Notes under the pieces: generated by a model
Database searches by the model: none
What the model was told of the DNA's origin: nothing
The model's input: the letters and a program-made list of their open reading frames with translations, nothing else
Part shown: piece after piece, positions 27,330 through 41,297 of the stretch
How the letters are laid out: every line of letters starts with the position of its first letter
Position numbering within the stretch: position 1 is the first letter of the stretch
DNA from: Octopus vulgaris
Lineage: Eukaryota
NCBI GenBank assembly: GCA_951406725.2
Contig: OX597815.1
Location: 104,842,001-104,906,000, forward strand
DNA: 64,000 nt
Direction: 5' to 3'
Program-made: the position numbers and the translations under genes

Positions 27330-29700
27330 GAACTGAGATTTAGATATTATTACTAAACTCATTGAAACCAAAATATTTGCTGAAGATTCTCTTAACAATG
27401 TTAGCTACGGCTAAAAATTCTGGAAGGCCTATTAGAGCAAACACATCGCTAACATGCCATAGAATTTCTCAACCGACAATGGTTGGCATTTTTGAGCTGT
27501 TAATGTCATTAAGTATTTATTTTGCAATGACTTTCAATGTTATGTTACTGAATGCCAATGCATTAACTCTGCTGTGTGATAGTCAAAAGACAACCGCTTT
27601 AATCAGAAACTAAATAAAATACCAACAGAAGACAAAATCATTCTAATGGTTGATTTCATAAAAGAGTACGGTAGAATTAAAATAATCTGAGAGTGACTGA
27701 ACGTAGATCATGGCGTCAGGAAATCTAACAGTCAATACAGCAGACATATTTGTATGTGTTCTGAACACGATCGCACCTTCCTACAAAAGAATGAATAAAA
27801 GACGTCATAGATGTATCCGTGATCCAAACATTGGCATCATATCAATTGCACCATGGCCTCGTCAGTAGACATCAATATCTTTCTATATACGTGTAATTAA
27901 GAAAGCTGAGTGTTTGGAAGATGATCGTATAGTATCAACAAAAATTAGATTGCAACAGTTCTCCCTACACCACTCAAGAGCAGCTTGGTGGTTGCAAGCA
28001 CAACAAATGTAATATTTGTAAGAATTTCCGTTATTTCCGGCTGTTAGACTGACGGCTTCAGAGACGCTCATTTTCTCGAAAGTTGTCCACATGTTATCAA
28101 CGCTACTGCCAAAAATATCGGATTCGGGACACGAAGACTAAATCGGCAAGCACCAGAAATATATCCACAAGAATTATACAACAATTCTAGTCAAACGCCC
28201 ATCACATTCGTTAAAAGCTCTTAGAAGTAATGCTAAAAATATCCGTTCTTCGTAACGTGTACTTATGATAGATACAATTTATGGCCCCTAAAATTGATGC
28301 ACAACTTAAAGTAAGTCATCACTTTTTTTCTAAAAGTTGAATTAATACAGTTTCTGGGAGATACTTCCTTAAGTTCCTAAGCCTATTTCTTCTAGCAGCT
28401 ATGGATAAATTCTATAAAATACCTTTGGATACACCAACATCATGAACATCTTACTTGACTGAAGTTAGTGCTACCATTAAAACTGTAAAACAGGTAAGTT
28501 CTGCACCAGAAAATATTTCAAGAAAAATTATGAAGAGAGATGGTCACTGTTGCACAAAATGCTTGTCTGTACATGACTGAAGTATGGAACTTGGAAAATA
28601 TCTCGAAATTGATACAAAAACTATCAAAATCTACAAATACAAAGGAGACAAATATACTTGCACAGACAATAGGAGTATTGTCCCCAGGGACCAATGCATA
28701 GTAATTATGATCTTTACTTCGCAGCTTCATGAGAAGAGCATCAGAATCCGTTCATTGTATTTGAGGATCTACAGAACGTATTTAATACAATCTGCAGAGT
28801 TTTTGTAGAATGTTCTCAAAAAACTTCGATGTGCGCCAAAATTCGTGAATTTTCCACACCAGTTATACAAATCTGATAGCTCACGTTACAATGGGAGAGC
28901 TGAAACGGGAATTTTCTTAACATCTGATGACTGTGCCCAGTTACCTCACTCTGGAAGTCGTCACGCAGAAGTTACAACATATAAAAGAACGGACTGTTCA
29001 TATCTACACCCACACAAATCATAGCATCAGCAACCTAATTTCTAAAGAATGCACACGTTGAGATAAAAATAAATAGGTGACTATAACTCTTAGGAAACTC
29101 AAAGTTTAAGGAGAGTCTTTCTAAACCACTATATTCCCCCTCCATTCCAAGGTTTGTGTCCAACCTTTTGCATGTGTTTCCATTTCCCTGTATGAGTAAG
29201 AGATGCTGAGTACATACGTCTCCGAGGCCTATACTATCCAGTGCCTACAGAAAATTATTTCAGTCTCCTGACAAGATAGCATTACAAATACAAAATTTCC
29301 CGCCGAAACATCAGTAGTAGAATTGAATCTAGATAGCCGAAAATTATAGTGCTCAACGGCTAGCTAAAACACGGTCATCGCCTGGTCGGAGGACTAACAG
29401 TTAAAATATCAGTTGAAGATGATTTTGAAGAGGGGTAACATCAACCAATCAATAGTACAGGAAGTCCGTACAAACTGTTGACTTTGGAGGGAATAAAATA
29501 TTAAAAATTGCGCTGAGTAATACTCATAGAAAGCATGAAAAGAAGACTGCACGTATATTTCCTCTAACCGGACATTTATATGACATGTCTGCAACCAAAA
29601 CTACACGTTGTAGTGCATAGCCATTAAAACATCTACAATCGAAGGAGATTGTTATCATGAATTTAGTGATCAACCACAAGTAGAAGTGTGATTTATGTTT
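27330..29700 (+). mobile_element. highly decayed RTE LINE (endonuclease and RT)
   Basis: Fragments DKIILMVDF, YP*SKHWH (cf. HPRSKHWH), YKYKGDKYTCTDNRSI, CAPKFV and a TGH..M segment, in the expected order. Confidence 0.65.
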
Positions 29701-30429
29701 ATGCAAATGGTAAAATATATTTCTCTATTAATACTAGCAATTTATTTAATATCCAAATTTTATGGAAAAAGCTTGTTCATTCGGAAATATGAGCGTAATT
29801 ATTGTTCGGACGTAAACATATTGAACATCTATGATTATGTTTTAATATTGAAAGTAAATAATTCAATTGCTTATGTGATGTGTAGAAATAGAAAATCTAA
29901 TGATTTAAACTAATTTCGTTATGATGCAGCAACCACACCGAGCAAAGTTTCTAGTCTTCTAATTATAATACAACCCTCAGGCATCATCTGATGGAAAATG
30001 GCTCCACAAATTCACACAAAACAATCACTCTCACTCGTCTAGAATGATTCAATCAAGCTTACTGACCTTAAATTTTCCGCGTAGGTTCATGTCTAGCATA
30101 ATTACTTCGCAGAAAGAACGAACCAGAAAGTAAAAAGAATGTGTTTTAATTTTATGTCATTAGAGACGAAAACTTGGATAAAGCTCAAATCATGTACGAC
30201 ATAATACTGTCTCTATTTGTTATCCATTTCAGTATTTTATGTGCAATTCTTATTCGATTGTTATTTGACGTTTAGTTATGTGTGATATACAGATATAAAC
30301 ACAAATACATATATTTCCTGATAGTTTAAAAACACACACGTACATGCGAACATGTGCGCATATCTGAATGTATATAGTTAAGCTTGGCTTGGGTATACGG
30401 ACTATAGAAAGAGCCCTCAATATTTCTTT

Positions 30430-30812
30430 TCTCTTATTTATTTTCTTGTTTCAGTCATTAGACCGCAGCCAAGCTGGGGCACCGACTTAGATAATTTTTT
30501 TAGTCGAACGAATCGACCCAGTACTTAATTTTTAAGCCTGGTAACTTATTCTATCGGTTTCTTTTGCCGATATGGGAACATGGATATAACAGTACCAGTT
30601 GTCAAGTGGTGGTTGGGGACAAAGACAGATACACATAAATGCATATAAATATACATATATACGACGGGCTACTTTCAGTTTCCATCTACCAAATCCATTC
30701 GCAAGGCTTTGGTCGGCTCGAGGTCATAGTAAAACACACTCGCCCAAGGTGCCATGCAGTAGGACTGAACAAAGAACCATGTGCCTGAGAAGCAAGCTTT
30801 TTACCACACAAA
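30430..30812 (-). mobile_element. SINE family A
   Basis: Homologous to the 6218 and 22751 copies. Confidence 0.85.
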
Positions 30813-31133
30813 CACTCCATATGTAATAAAGAACAGCATTAATTTTTTCGAAGCTGCAGTTTAGCTCTATCGTCAGTGCATAGCTTTAAAAAAACTGAAC
30901 TGTAACTGAACATTCGAATTAGCAATGGAGTAAAACCACATCTTCGAACAAAATTAACCTTTCTTTCGCATTCCATCACTTTCTCCTCTCCCTTTCATTC
31001 TTTCTTTCTCTCTCTATCTAACTATCTCTCTCTCTACACACATAAATTCACGAGTATGTGTATGTGTGTGTGTGTGTGTATATATGAGTACATGAGTATG
31101 TGTATGTGTGTATATATATATATGAGTATGTGC

Positions 31134-31169
<36 letters not shown>

Positions 31170-31171
<2 letters not shown>

Positions 31172-31370
31172 CCTCGTGTGTACCGTTGACGATTTGTTTT
31201 CCTCTGTCTTTCCTTCTCTGGATCTTTCCTTCTCCTATGTTTCCGACGAAGAGCTCCGCTCGAAACGTTAAACCCTCCTTCTTTCCTTCTATCCTGAGCG
31301 TCCAATAACACTATACATGTTCCACGTCCTCGCGTTGTTGTTTTTTTGTGCTTTCTTGTTTGGATTAACT
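31170..31370 (+). mobile_element. ~200-bp HHR-containing element inserted in (TA)n
   Basis: GTTT-CCGACGA-A-GAGCtccGCTC-GAAACGTT-AAAC at 31239-31273; (TA)n on both sides. Confidence 0.75.
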
Positions 31371-31879
31371 ATATATATATATATAAGTACAGAAAGAGAG
31401 AGAAAGAAGACCTGTAAGTTCTAGTCTGTGTTTTGCTATAAACAGCTATTTGCTCTAAGTTCTCTTCGAAGACAGGAATGAGATTGATGAAGTAGACGAC
31501 CTGAGGTCTTCTGAGTAACGAACAAGAAACCGTTAACCATATTGTTTTTTATTCAATCCTTCCTGAATTAAGAAAATAATGCATCAGTCAAGTGCTGATG
31601 TCAATGGTATCGACTACACTCGTCCCTCAAACTTCCTGGTCTCCACCTTTTAATTGACGCACCGATGCAAACACCACTTTTTGTGTTGTGTATGAGGTAT
31701 TTCGTCCTTTGATATAGTACTCATTGCTTGGCCCCTTGTGGACAATAAAAAATTCATTATGTTTCCTTTCTATTTTATCTGCATTCTATTTAACTTTTGT
31801 CCTTTCACTGCTCTCCTAATCTTTTCTTAAGATTCTAAATTCAATAAATACGACATGACCCTTTCTAGACACGCGCGCA

Positions 31880-31917
<38 letters not shown>

Positions 31918-33744
31918 AAACAGACTTTCCTTTATACTCATGCATTGAATCTAACTTTAAGGGGAAGACAACATGAATAGCTATATAAAAGCCATATTGA
32001 TAGATATAATTCATCGAAGTACTCTGTGCGGTAGCTCTCCTAATATCCGTTATTTAGAAAGGACCGATGGGCCACACTTTCGCAGTCCATGTTCATAATG
32101 AAAATCGAGACCGAGTGAACACGGGGAGAATAGTAGTTTAAAACTAGTTACTGTATATATAAACATGAATATAATTAATGGATGCATATCAGTAAGTGCT
32201 AGCAGTGTAAATAATTAATTGATGAGGGTATCATCAGGCATTATTATAAGAAGAGATGGATGTCAAACTTACGAGAATATTTATATTTTTTAAACATACG
32301 TGTTTAGCTCCGCTGAAAAATTGTGTATATACCGATTTGCTCCCTATCAGTGATCAGGCAAATAGTGATAGTTTTACCAAAATGGGAGACCGACCTCTGA
32401 TGAAGTGACTAGTCGGGTTGACTTGTGTTCTTCTGGCCAGAAAGTGAAAAGCACGTACCCTAACTACGCTAAGGATTTTCTCAGTGAAACTTTTTACGTG
32501 TTTTACTAAAACTATATCCTTGCAAGTTTCACTCTCTTTGACTCTCATTCTCTCTCTTTCGCTCTCTCTCTCTCTCATCTTCCTTGTTCATGTATAGATC
32601 TGTGTATGACGCGCGTGTATACTTACATGCATACACGGTTGTATATGAATATTTTATATATACACTCATATACACATGTATATAAATGTATGTATGTATA
32701 TATGTACCTTGATGCATAGCAATGTAATACAAATATTAGAAAGTCTTTAATTGGTTAACGACATCACAATTATAAAAATAACGTCATACAATATGTCATG
32801 GAACATTCAAGAAACAAAACCACTGATCCCGAAGGAATGGAATAATGGAATATGTATTTCAAAGAAACAAAGCTTTGTTATGAAAAAAATTATGGAGGAA
32901 AAGAAGCAATAAATCATTAAAACTGTATTTTATATTTTACGTCAAATCGCATATAAAGATCACTTCAGATCTGTTGGGAAATATATGAACAATAGACATT
33001 GGATGAAACTAAGTAGTAAATGAAATAATGATTTCTTAAAAGAGTAAATAAAGTAATATGAAAAGAAATTTTGATTTTCTTTTCTTAACATTCTTGTTTA
33101 TTTTTGCTTTGGTTTCTTGTTTTTTTTTCTTTTGTTACCGTAGATATATATTTTTTCTTTAGAAATTGAATTGTAATAATCAAACACTATTTGTAGAGAG
33201 TATTTGGTATTGTATATTGCAAGAACGAAATGACAGTCATTTTAATGGTACATAGTTAAATAAAAGACGTTGGTGTCAATAGAGATAGCTAAGCTATTGT
33301 AATCATACACGCACTTGTGCGTGCATATAATATATATGTGTGCGTATACACGTATATTCATGTAAATATATATATATATAAATATTCATATTCATGTGTG
33401 TGTGTGTGTGTACTTAAACGCGCATACATGTGTGTATGTATGCGTTTGTATATCATATATTTCTATGTGTATGTGGAAGCAGGCTGCGTAAATGTCTATG
33501 TCAATGTTGATAAGTTTTCAAATATTCCAGCCATGATTGTCTGAATCATTTTAAGGGAATTTAGAACTAAACTTTCTAATATGTTATTCTCCCTTTATTT
33601 AATACTTTGATGCATTATATGAAGAATATTTAGCTGTTGTTTTTTGCAGGTTAAGCGACGTTGTAAACACTCCCTAGTTGTTGGGTACGTTTCTTTGCTT
33701 CCAAGGCAACACCGGTTGAGTAAACACATAATAGAATATCTATT

Positions 33745-33965
33745 TATTTACTACCCACAAGGAGCTAAACACAGAGGGGACAAACAAGGACAGACAAATG
33801 GATTAAGTCAATTATATCGACCCCAGTGCGTAACTGGAACTTAATTTATCGACCCCGAGAGGATGAAAGACAAAGTCGACCTCGGCGGAATTTGAACTCA
33901 GAACGTAACGGCAGACGAAATACGGCTGCGCATTTCGCCCGGCGTGCTAACGTTTCTGCCAGCAC
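33745..33965 (-). mobile_element. SINE family B-related
   Basis: Reverse complement GCTGGCAGAAACGTTAGCACG...GAGTTCAAATTCCGCCGAGGTCGACTTTG. Confidence 0.85.
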
Positions 33966-34444
33966 ATAACAGCATATCAGTATATCACTTGTTCTTAGGG
34001 TTATGCAAGACTACATAAATAAAAGAGTTCCTTCCTAAAGTAAGGCAGATAAGTGTGTCACTTGAGAGATTTAAATGCTTCCGACAGAACGAACAACTTC
34101 GAGGCTCATTTGTAGGTGTTTTAGCCGGTGCTAACAGTTTTCGAAATAGCGATAGCATTTGCTGTAGTGGATGTTGTAATTTAAGCGGCAGAAATTATAT
34201 ATTAGTGTCTAAATTATAGCTCATGAGCATTTAGAAAAAACGTAAGTGAATGTCTACGTTGAGGTTACAAATAAATCGCAAAGCATATGGTAGAAATAGC
34301 GCTTCATATTGAAAAGATCTCCTTAATATTGAAATATTCAAACACATTTTAATAGTGCATTTTCTGCATTTGACTGCCATTGATTCATAAAAAACAATTG
34401 CAAAAAATATTGCGTTTAAATATCATGCAATAATTCCCACTGTA

Positions 34445-34763
<319 letters not shown>

Positions 34764-35384
34764 TGTAGTCCACTTTTGTTCTCTCACACAATATTTATTA
34801 ACAAATTAATGCAGATCTTCTCAGAGAAGCGATATATTTAAAATTTAATTACACCTGTCAGCTTAATTGCTACTCTAAAGTTTGCATGTTTAAGTAATTC
34901 CTCTGGTGAGTAAAAAGTTGTTTCATAATAAAACAGTTGCTTCCTTTCTCGATGGATGTCCAAGTCACGAACAGTTAGAGAGAAAGCTACACATAAACAC
35001 ACACATGAACGCAGAGGGGAGGTGAAAGAGGTTTCATAAACGCATTAGGGGGTGGCTCTTGAGTTACTTGTGTAAATTTACATTCGAATGATGTACATTT
35101 TGTTATATGTATTTATATGTGTGTGTTTGAATGTGCGTTCAACTGCCTACATAAAGAAATCACAAAAGTACATCAGGAACCTATACTGAAAATTTTTTTT
35201 AAATACATTGGAGATAATACCGGACCAGCCAATAATTCAAGCACCCAGCCAAGGAAAGATCATCTACTGCAAACTCAACCACAGACAAACTAACAACCAT
35301 AAAACAAAAACAATACTGAAAGAAAGTATATCAAGACGGTATCCAGCATGACCGTAGTCATACGAGTCAAACCACTAAAAGAAT

Positions 35385-35974
35385 ATTACTTTACTTGTTT
35401 TAGTCATTAGACTGCGGTCATGCTGGGGCGTTGAGGAGTTTTCGTCGAACCAATCAACCCCAGCACTTGATTTTTTTGTTTTTATGCCTGGCGCTAATTC
35501 GGTCGGTCACGTTACCGAACCTCTAAGTTACGGGGATATAAACACACCAAAACCTACCTTCAGGCAATGGTAGGGAAGAAACATACAGACAGATACACAG
35601 GTGTGTATATGTATATATATATATATACATACACATACACACACACACACATACAAACACACACACACATATATATATATATACATATAATACACATTGA
35701 GTACAGGACACCACCAACGAGCGAAAAACGCATAAACACACGAGAGACAAGTATAGGATAAAATACCAAAAGAAGTCCAACCTCACCTCAGCTGTCGACT
35801 GTATATCATTCCCTACTTCGAGCCCTCGATGACAAGATAGGAAAACTTCACAAGACAGCAGCATCCAGAAATTTTAAAAATATAACGTTTCTGGAAAGTT
35901 AGGGCTTCGAACGAACAAACAGAGTGGACATACAGAGTAAACAATCGACGAAGACAAACAGGAAGGGCTGTTAG

Positions 35975-36033
<59 letters not shown>

Positions 36034-36190
36034 GACAGGCTTCTTTCAATTTCCGTCTACCAAATCGACTCACAAGGGATTGGTCTGCCTAAAGCCATAG
36101 TATATGACACTTGCCAAAATGGCATGCAATGGGACTGAACCCGGAAAAATATGGAAGTAGGCTTCTTACCACACAGTTACAGCTGCGCCT
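35385..36190 (-). mobile_element. SINE family A split by a ~280-bp insertion (35695-35980)
   Basis: 3' half at 35385-35600, 5' half at 36030-36190. Confidence 0.8.
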
Positions 36191-36265
36191 ATGCATGCAT
36201 ACATACATACATGCATATACGTATACATACATACTTACACACACACACATACACACACACACCCG

Positions 36266-36332
<67 letters not shown>

Positions 36333-36562
36333 CTGGCACTCTGACGGTTACGACGACGAGGGTCCAATTTGTCCAAAAGCGGACCAACCTTAACGTAGTT
36401 CTCAGAGTCATTTAGCGTGACACAGAATGTGACAAGGCTGGTCCTTCAAATTACAGTTACAACTTATTTTTGCCAGCTGAGTGAAATAGAGCAACGTGAA
36501 AAAAATAAGTGTCTTGCTCAAGGAATGGAACTCAGACCTCACGATTGCCCTAACCACTAAGG
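36333..36562 (-). mobile_element. SINE family C-related
   Basis: Reverse complement TAGTGGTTAGGGC...CCTTGAGCAAGACAC...CACTCAGCTG. Confidence 0.7.
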
Positions 36563-36571
36563 GATATATAT

Positions 36572-36740
36572 TAGCCACTACACACATTTTTGTCTCTCCC
36601 TTTTTTTTTCTGTGTCCCTTTCTGTAGATGAGCGTAGGCTCGAAACGTAAAAGACTTTTTCTATTCCTGAGCGTTATACTAATACATCTGTTTGTTTTGT
36701 ACACCACCTGTCTTCGTCTTTTGTTTTTTTCATAAACTCT

Positions 36741-36745
<5 letters not shown>
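36572..36745 (+). mobile_element. short HHR-containing element ending at (TA)n
   Basis: CTTT-CTGTAGA-T-GAGCgtagGCTC-GAAACGTA-AAAG at 36618-36653, followed by CCTGAGCGT as in 31170-31370. Confidence 0.7.
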
Positions 36746-36786
<41 letters not shown>

Positions 36787-37555
36787 TCTTTTCACATAAG
36801 GATTTCTGAACATAAGGAAAGTATACTTAGAATCGATTTTCTCCCCTTAAGTAACAATTCCCAGTAATTCTACTGCGTGTTTATGAAATGCTGGCCAGAT
36901 TTCAAATGTTATCCACAGAAACAGATGGCAGAGTGCCACGGCGAGGTGAAATAAAAGGATACTGATTCTGAATCATTCTGACTGATAGCTCAAAGTGAAA
37001 ATACAGCCAGAAATTCCTTATTTGCACCAGTTAAACGCATCCAAGAGCTGTGTATGCGTCCGTGGTAAAACACTATATGCAACTACACAGAAAACCATTG
37101 CAAAAGCCAAGTCTGTACTGGAACTATTAAAAACAAAAAATTGCAAGTTATTTAAAAAATATCCCCAAAACATTTAAGATGTTTCCCCTCCCCCCTCCAT
37201 CTCTTCTCTCTTCCCTTCTTTCTTCGACTGTTAGAAGGAGAAAAAGGATGAAACAGGGAGTTTTTTTTTCAATGGATTTAGAATAATTAACGTTTAAATG
37301 TCGAGTTATTCCGTGCTGAAGGGTCTAGAAAGAGAACGAAATAATACCTTCCATGGCTACTAGAGACATTGAAAAACTTCTATCATGAAAATGAAAGAAT
37401 TATATGGATATATATATATATGCTCTTTTCACTCTTTGATAATGATTTCTTAATGTAAAAAAATAAACTTGGAAGCGATACTGCCCCCTTAAGTAGCAAT
37501 TTCTAATAATTTCACTATATATATTATATATATATATATAGTAAAGAAATATAAG

Positions 37556-38137
37556 GTATATAGTAAAGAAAATAAGGTGGCTAGCAGCAGGCTGTTTCAC
37601 CTCATACCGAAGGAATTAGAAATGGCAGTCAAAGACCGTTTTTTCCATTTCTATAAGTGGAGATTCCAAAAACGAAGGCCCTTACGGCTCACATACACAA
37701 AATCGGAGTGGCAAATATACGAAGGCAGTCACTCACCGTTAATAGCGAACACCGTGTTTCTGGATCACAAACATATAAAAAAAAGGGAGTTTGAATTCCG
37801 TCATCAGCGCACTTCCCCCCACTATCTGATGTCGCTGGGTCAGAAGTGAGGGCTGGTGGCATTTGGTAAAGCTATCGAATATAGCGCTGATGACGGAATT
37901 CAAACTCCCTTTTTTTATATGTTTGTGATCCAGAAACACGGTGTTCGCTATTAACGGTAAGTGACTGCCTTCGTATATTTGCCACTCCGATTTTGTGTAT
38001 GTGAGCCGTAAGGGCCTTCGTTTTTGGAATCTCCACTTATAGAAATGGAAAAAACGGTATTTGACTGCCATTTCTAATTCCTTCGGTATGAGGCGAAACA
38101 GCCTGCTGCTAGCCACCTTATTTTCTTTACTATATAC
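37556..38137. repeat. long inverted repeat (~255-bp arms, 73-bp spacer) containing a hammerhead motif
   Basis: 37556-37810 is the near-perfect reverse complement of 37884-38137; HHR at 37881-37951 on the + strand. Confidence 0.95.
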
Positions 38138-38295
38138 TGAACCTTACAAAGGTCCTGACAATTAATTTGTCGTATTTACATACCGAAATTTACCGGTAAA
38201 TAATTGTTGGTTACATGAAAAACCACAGGAAAATTATTTACCATTTTTATTGCATGATATATATATATATATATATATATATTTGTATATATGTA

Positions 38296-38342
<47 letters not shown>

Positions 38343-38364
38343 ATATATGTACATATGTATATAT

Positions 38365-38410
<46 letters not shown>

Positions 38411-38499
38411 TAACAATATAGGATGAAGTCCCTTTCTCTACAGAAAAGGATTCCATCAAAAAGCGTGGCAGTATATTAAAAGAACCTTTACGGTTGAAG

Positions 38500-38664
38500 T
38501 ATAAACATCTTATAATTAAGGGCTAAAGAATGCTATTCTATACCCAATACACTGATTTATCCACTTATAATCCACTTATAATCCACTTATGGATTATAAG
38601 TGGATAAATCAGTGTATTGGCTATAGAATAACCTTCTTTAGCCCTTAATTATAAGATGTTTATA
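38500..38664. repeat. inverted repeat (~75-bp arms) with an 11-mer triplicated at the axis
   Basis: TATAAACATCTTATAATTAAGGGCTAAAGAA... pairs with ...TTCTTTAGCCCTTAATTATAAGATGTTTATA; (ATCCACTTATA)x3 at the centre. Confidence 0.9.
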
Positions 38665-38671
38665 TATATAT

Positions 38672-38743
<72 letters not shown>

Positions 38744-40052
38744 ATATATTATCATTATCATTATTTAACGTCCGTTCTGAATGCTGGCGCGTGAGCTGAA
38801 ATTATTTCGATTCATAGATAGATAGATAGATAGATATATAGATAGATAGATAGCTATGCCTATATCATACATCTGTGTGTCCGTGAACGAGAAATGTGTT
38901 TTTAATTGTATGTATATGCCTGTGAGTGTGTTAATATTATATATCATGCAGTGATGTAAACATTAAAGACTACTCAATTCAGAATTGATCCTAGTTATTA
39001 AGATGTTCATGTATATCATGTTATTCAGTCACATAATGTGAGATATTTATTTGTAGACTTGATATGCTGAAACAAGGAATGTATAGAATATGTCTTTGTA
39101 AAGAAAATATGCACTCACGTTTTTCTTGTATATACTTTTTTATTAATTTCATTCATTTATTTTAGAATAATTGATTTTCTTACCTGAAATTATAAAAAAA
39201 AAATGCAAATGAAAGGAAATTGCTTGAAATGCAATTCAGACAAAGAAAGAAAAATAAATCAAATGAATAGATATATTGAAACCTATATTGAAATTTTAAA
39301 GATAAAATTAGAACAACAAAGAACCAATAAGCAAGTGACTCTTATTTGGTGCATTGTCAAATAAAATAAGAAAACTTTTGTTTGCTGCAATATGAATGGT
39401 TATTATTTATAGCAATTGCATTTTATGAATCAATAATAGTCAAATATAGAAAAATACACTATTAAAATACTAAGGATTATTTTCTTTTGATTCAAAAGGA
39501 AGACATAGGGGAAATTGACGAAGTTCTTGGATGTTCTTGGGATATAATTTAAATGTATTTAATGGTAAATTATTATGCAAAATATAGTTTTCAATGATTA
39601 TTTGACCTATTAGATTAACGGAATACTAATTGAGTTAAACGTAGAAAGACAGCCATAAATATATATTGAGGATTTACAATTCTGTTATTGGAATACTCTA
39701 CGTGTTAAAATAGTACAGATTTTATTATATTGCCTTTTTTATAGAATTTAAATTACATATACATATATGCCTTATTCCTTTCATTCATTAGATTGTGGCA
39801 ATTCTGTGGCATCGCTTAAAAGACTTTTTAATCGACGGAATCGACTCCATACATATGTCTTCCAGCCTGGTACTTATTCTGTCGGACTCTTTAGCCGAAA
39901 CGCTCAGTTAGGGGACGTAAACAAACCAACATTGGTTGTCAAACTGTGGTTGGGAGCAAACAGAAAAGCAAAAACACTCCACACACACACATGCATCCAT
40001 ATATATACATACATACATACATACATAAATACATACATATATATATATATTC

Positions 40053-40143
40053 TTTATTTGTGAATCAAGGCTACCATCGGTTTCATGTAAAGAAGAGTAG
40101 GGAAATATCATGAAACCAATGGTAGGCTTAATTCACAAATAAA
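40053..40143. repeat. 35-bp-arm inverted repeat containing an HHR 3' half
   Basis: TTTATTTGTGAATCAAGGCTACCATCGGTTTCATG pairs with CATGAAACCAATGGTAGGCTTAATTCACAAATAAA. Confidence 0.85.
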
Positions 40144-40265
40144 AAAAATGACTTATCCACCAAAGCGCTGATGAGCATACATTCCAACGTTCTACATTTA
40201 CGCATATATATATGTATATGCATGTATACATACATACATCCATTCATACATACATATATACATAC

Positions 40266-40342
<77 letters not shown>

Positions 40343-40471
40343 TAATGGTGTCATTGAGACCCAAAGGTGTCAGGTAATGCTGAATAAGGGCTATAGACAA
40401 ACCATAGTTAAGTTCCAGATTCGGTAATATTGCGAATAAAGTGTTCAAAGTTGGTTCTATGTCAGCGTGTG

Positions 40472-40670
40472 TATATATGGAATTTTTGCGTAATGAGATA
40501 AAAACCAAGGGTGTATAGATATTAGAACATTTATAGATAGAAGGTCTTACAGCTGTTTCCAGGATTATTAATTAATAACTTGGAAACAGCTGTAAGACCT
40601 TCTATCTATAAATGTTCTAATATCTATACGGGCTTGGTTTTTTATCTGATTACGCAAATAATTCATATAT
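40472..40670. repeat. spacerless palindrome (~100-bp arms) containing an HHR 3' half
   Basis: Axis at 40571/40572; both arms carry GGAAACAGCTGTAAGACC. Confidence 0.92.
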
Positions 40671-40959
40671 ATATATATATATATATTTCATATATATATA
40701 TATTCACACACACACACGCCACGAACACAAGCACACAATGACCTTCTTTCCGTTCTCATCTACGAATCCCTCACAAGGTGTGTGTAGATTTGGTAGACGC
40801 GAGAATATAGTAGAAGTCTCTTGCCCAAGGTATAACAGATGGACTGAATCCAGATCAATGTGGTTGGGAAGCAGGCTTCTTACCACACATCCCGTGTCCG
40901 CTCATATGCGGAACTTTCAGTTGTTTCTTGCAATATATACCTACACATGATCATATACG

Positions 40960-41020
<61 letters not shown>

Positions 41021-41161
41021 GTATATATATATACATAAATATACACGTATATATCGAACACTGAGAATGAGTGATCAATATCACTATGGTGATCACGGGG
41101 GCTTTTGGTCCATAGGCAGACAGCTCTGTTATGTTGTGATCCTAGACTAGTGTCTGTGTCT

Positions 41162-41297
<136 letters not shown>

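Larger units (their letters stand above)
39772..40892 (-). mobile_element. SINE family A split by nested insertions
   Basis: 3' half at 39772-39980 and 5' half at 40735-40892; two palindromes lie in the internal microsatellite. Confidence 0.75.

Noticed and set aside
37577-38116. Two near-identical ORFs (MASSRLF...) on opposite strands
   Set aside because: They are mirror products of the inverted repeat, use GTG starts and contain no recognisable domain.
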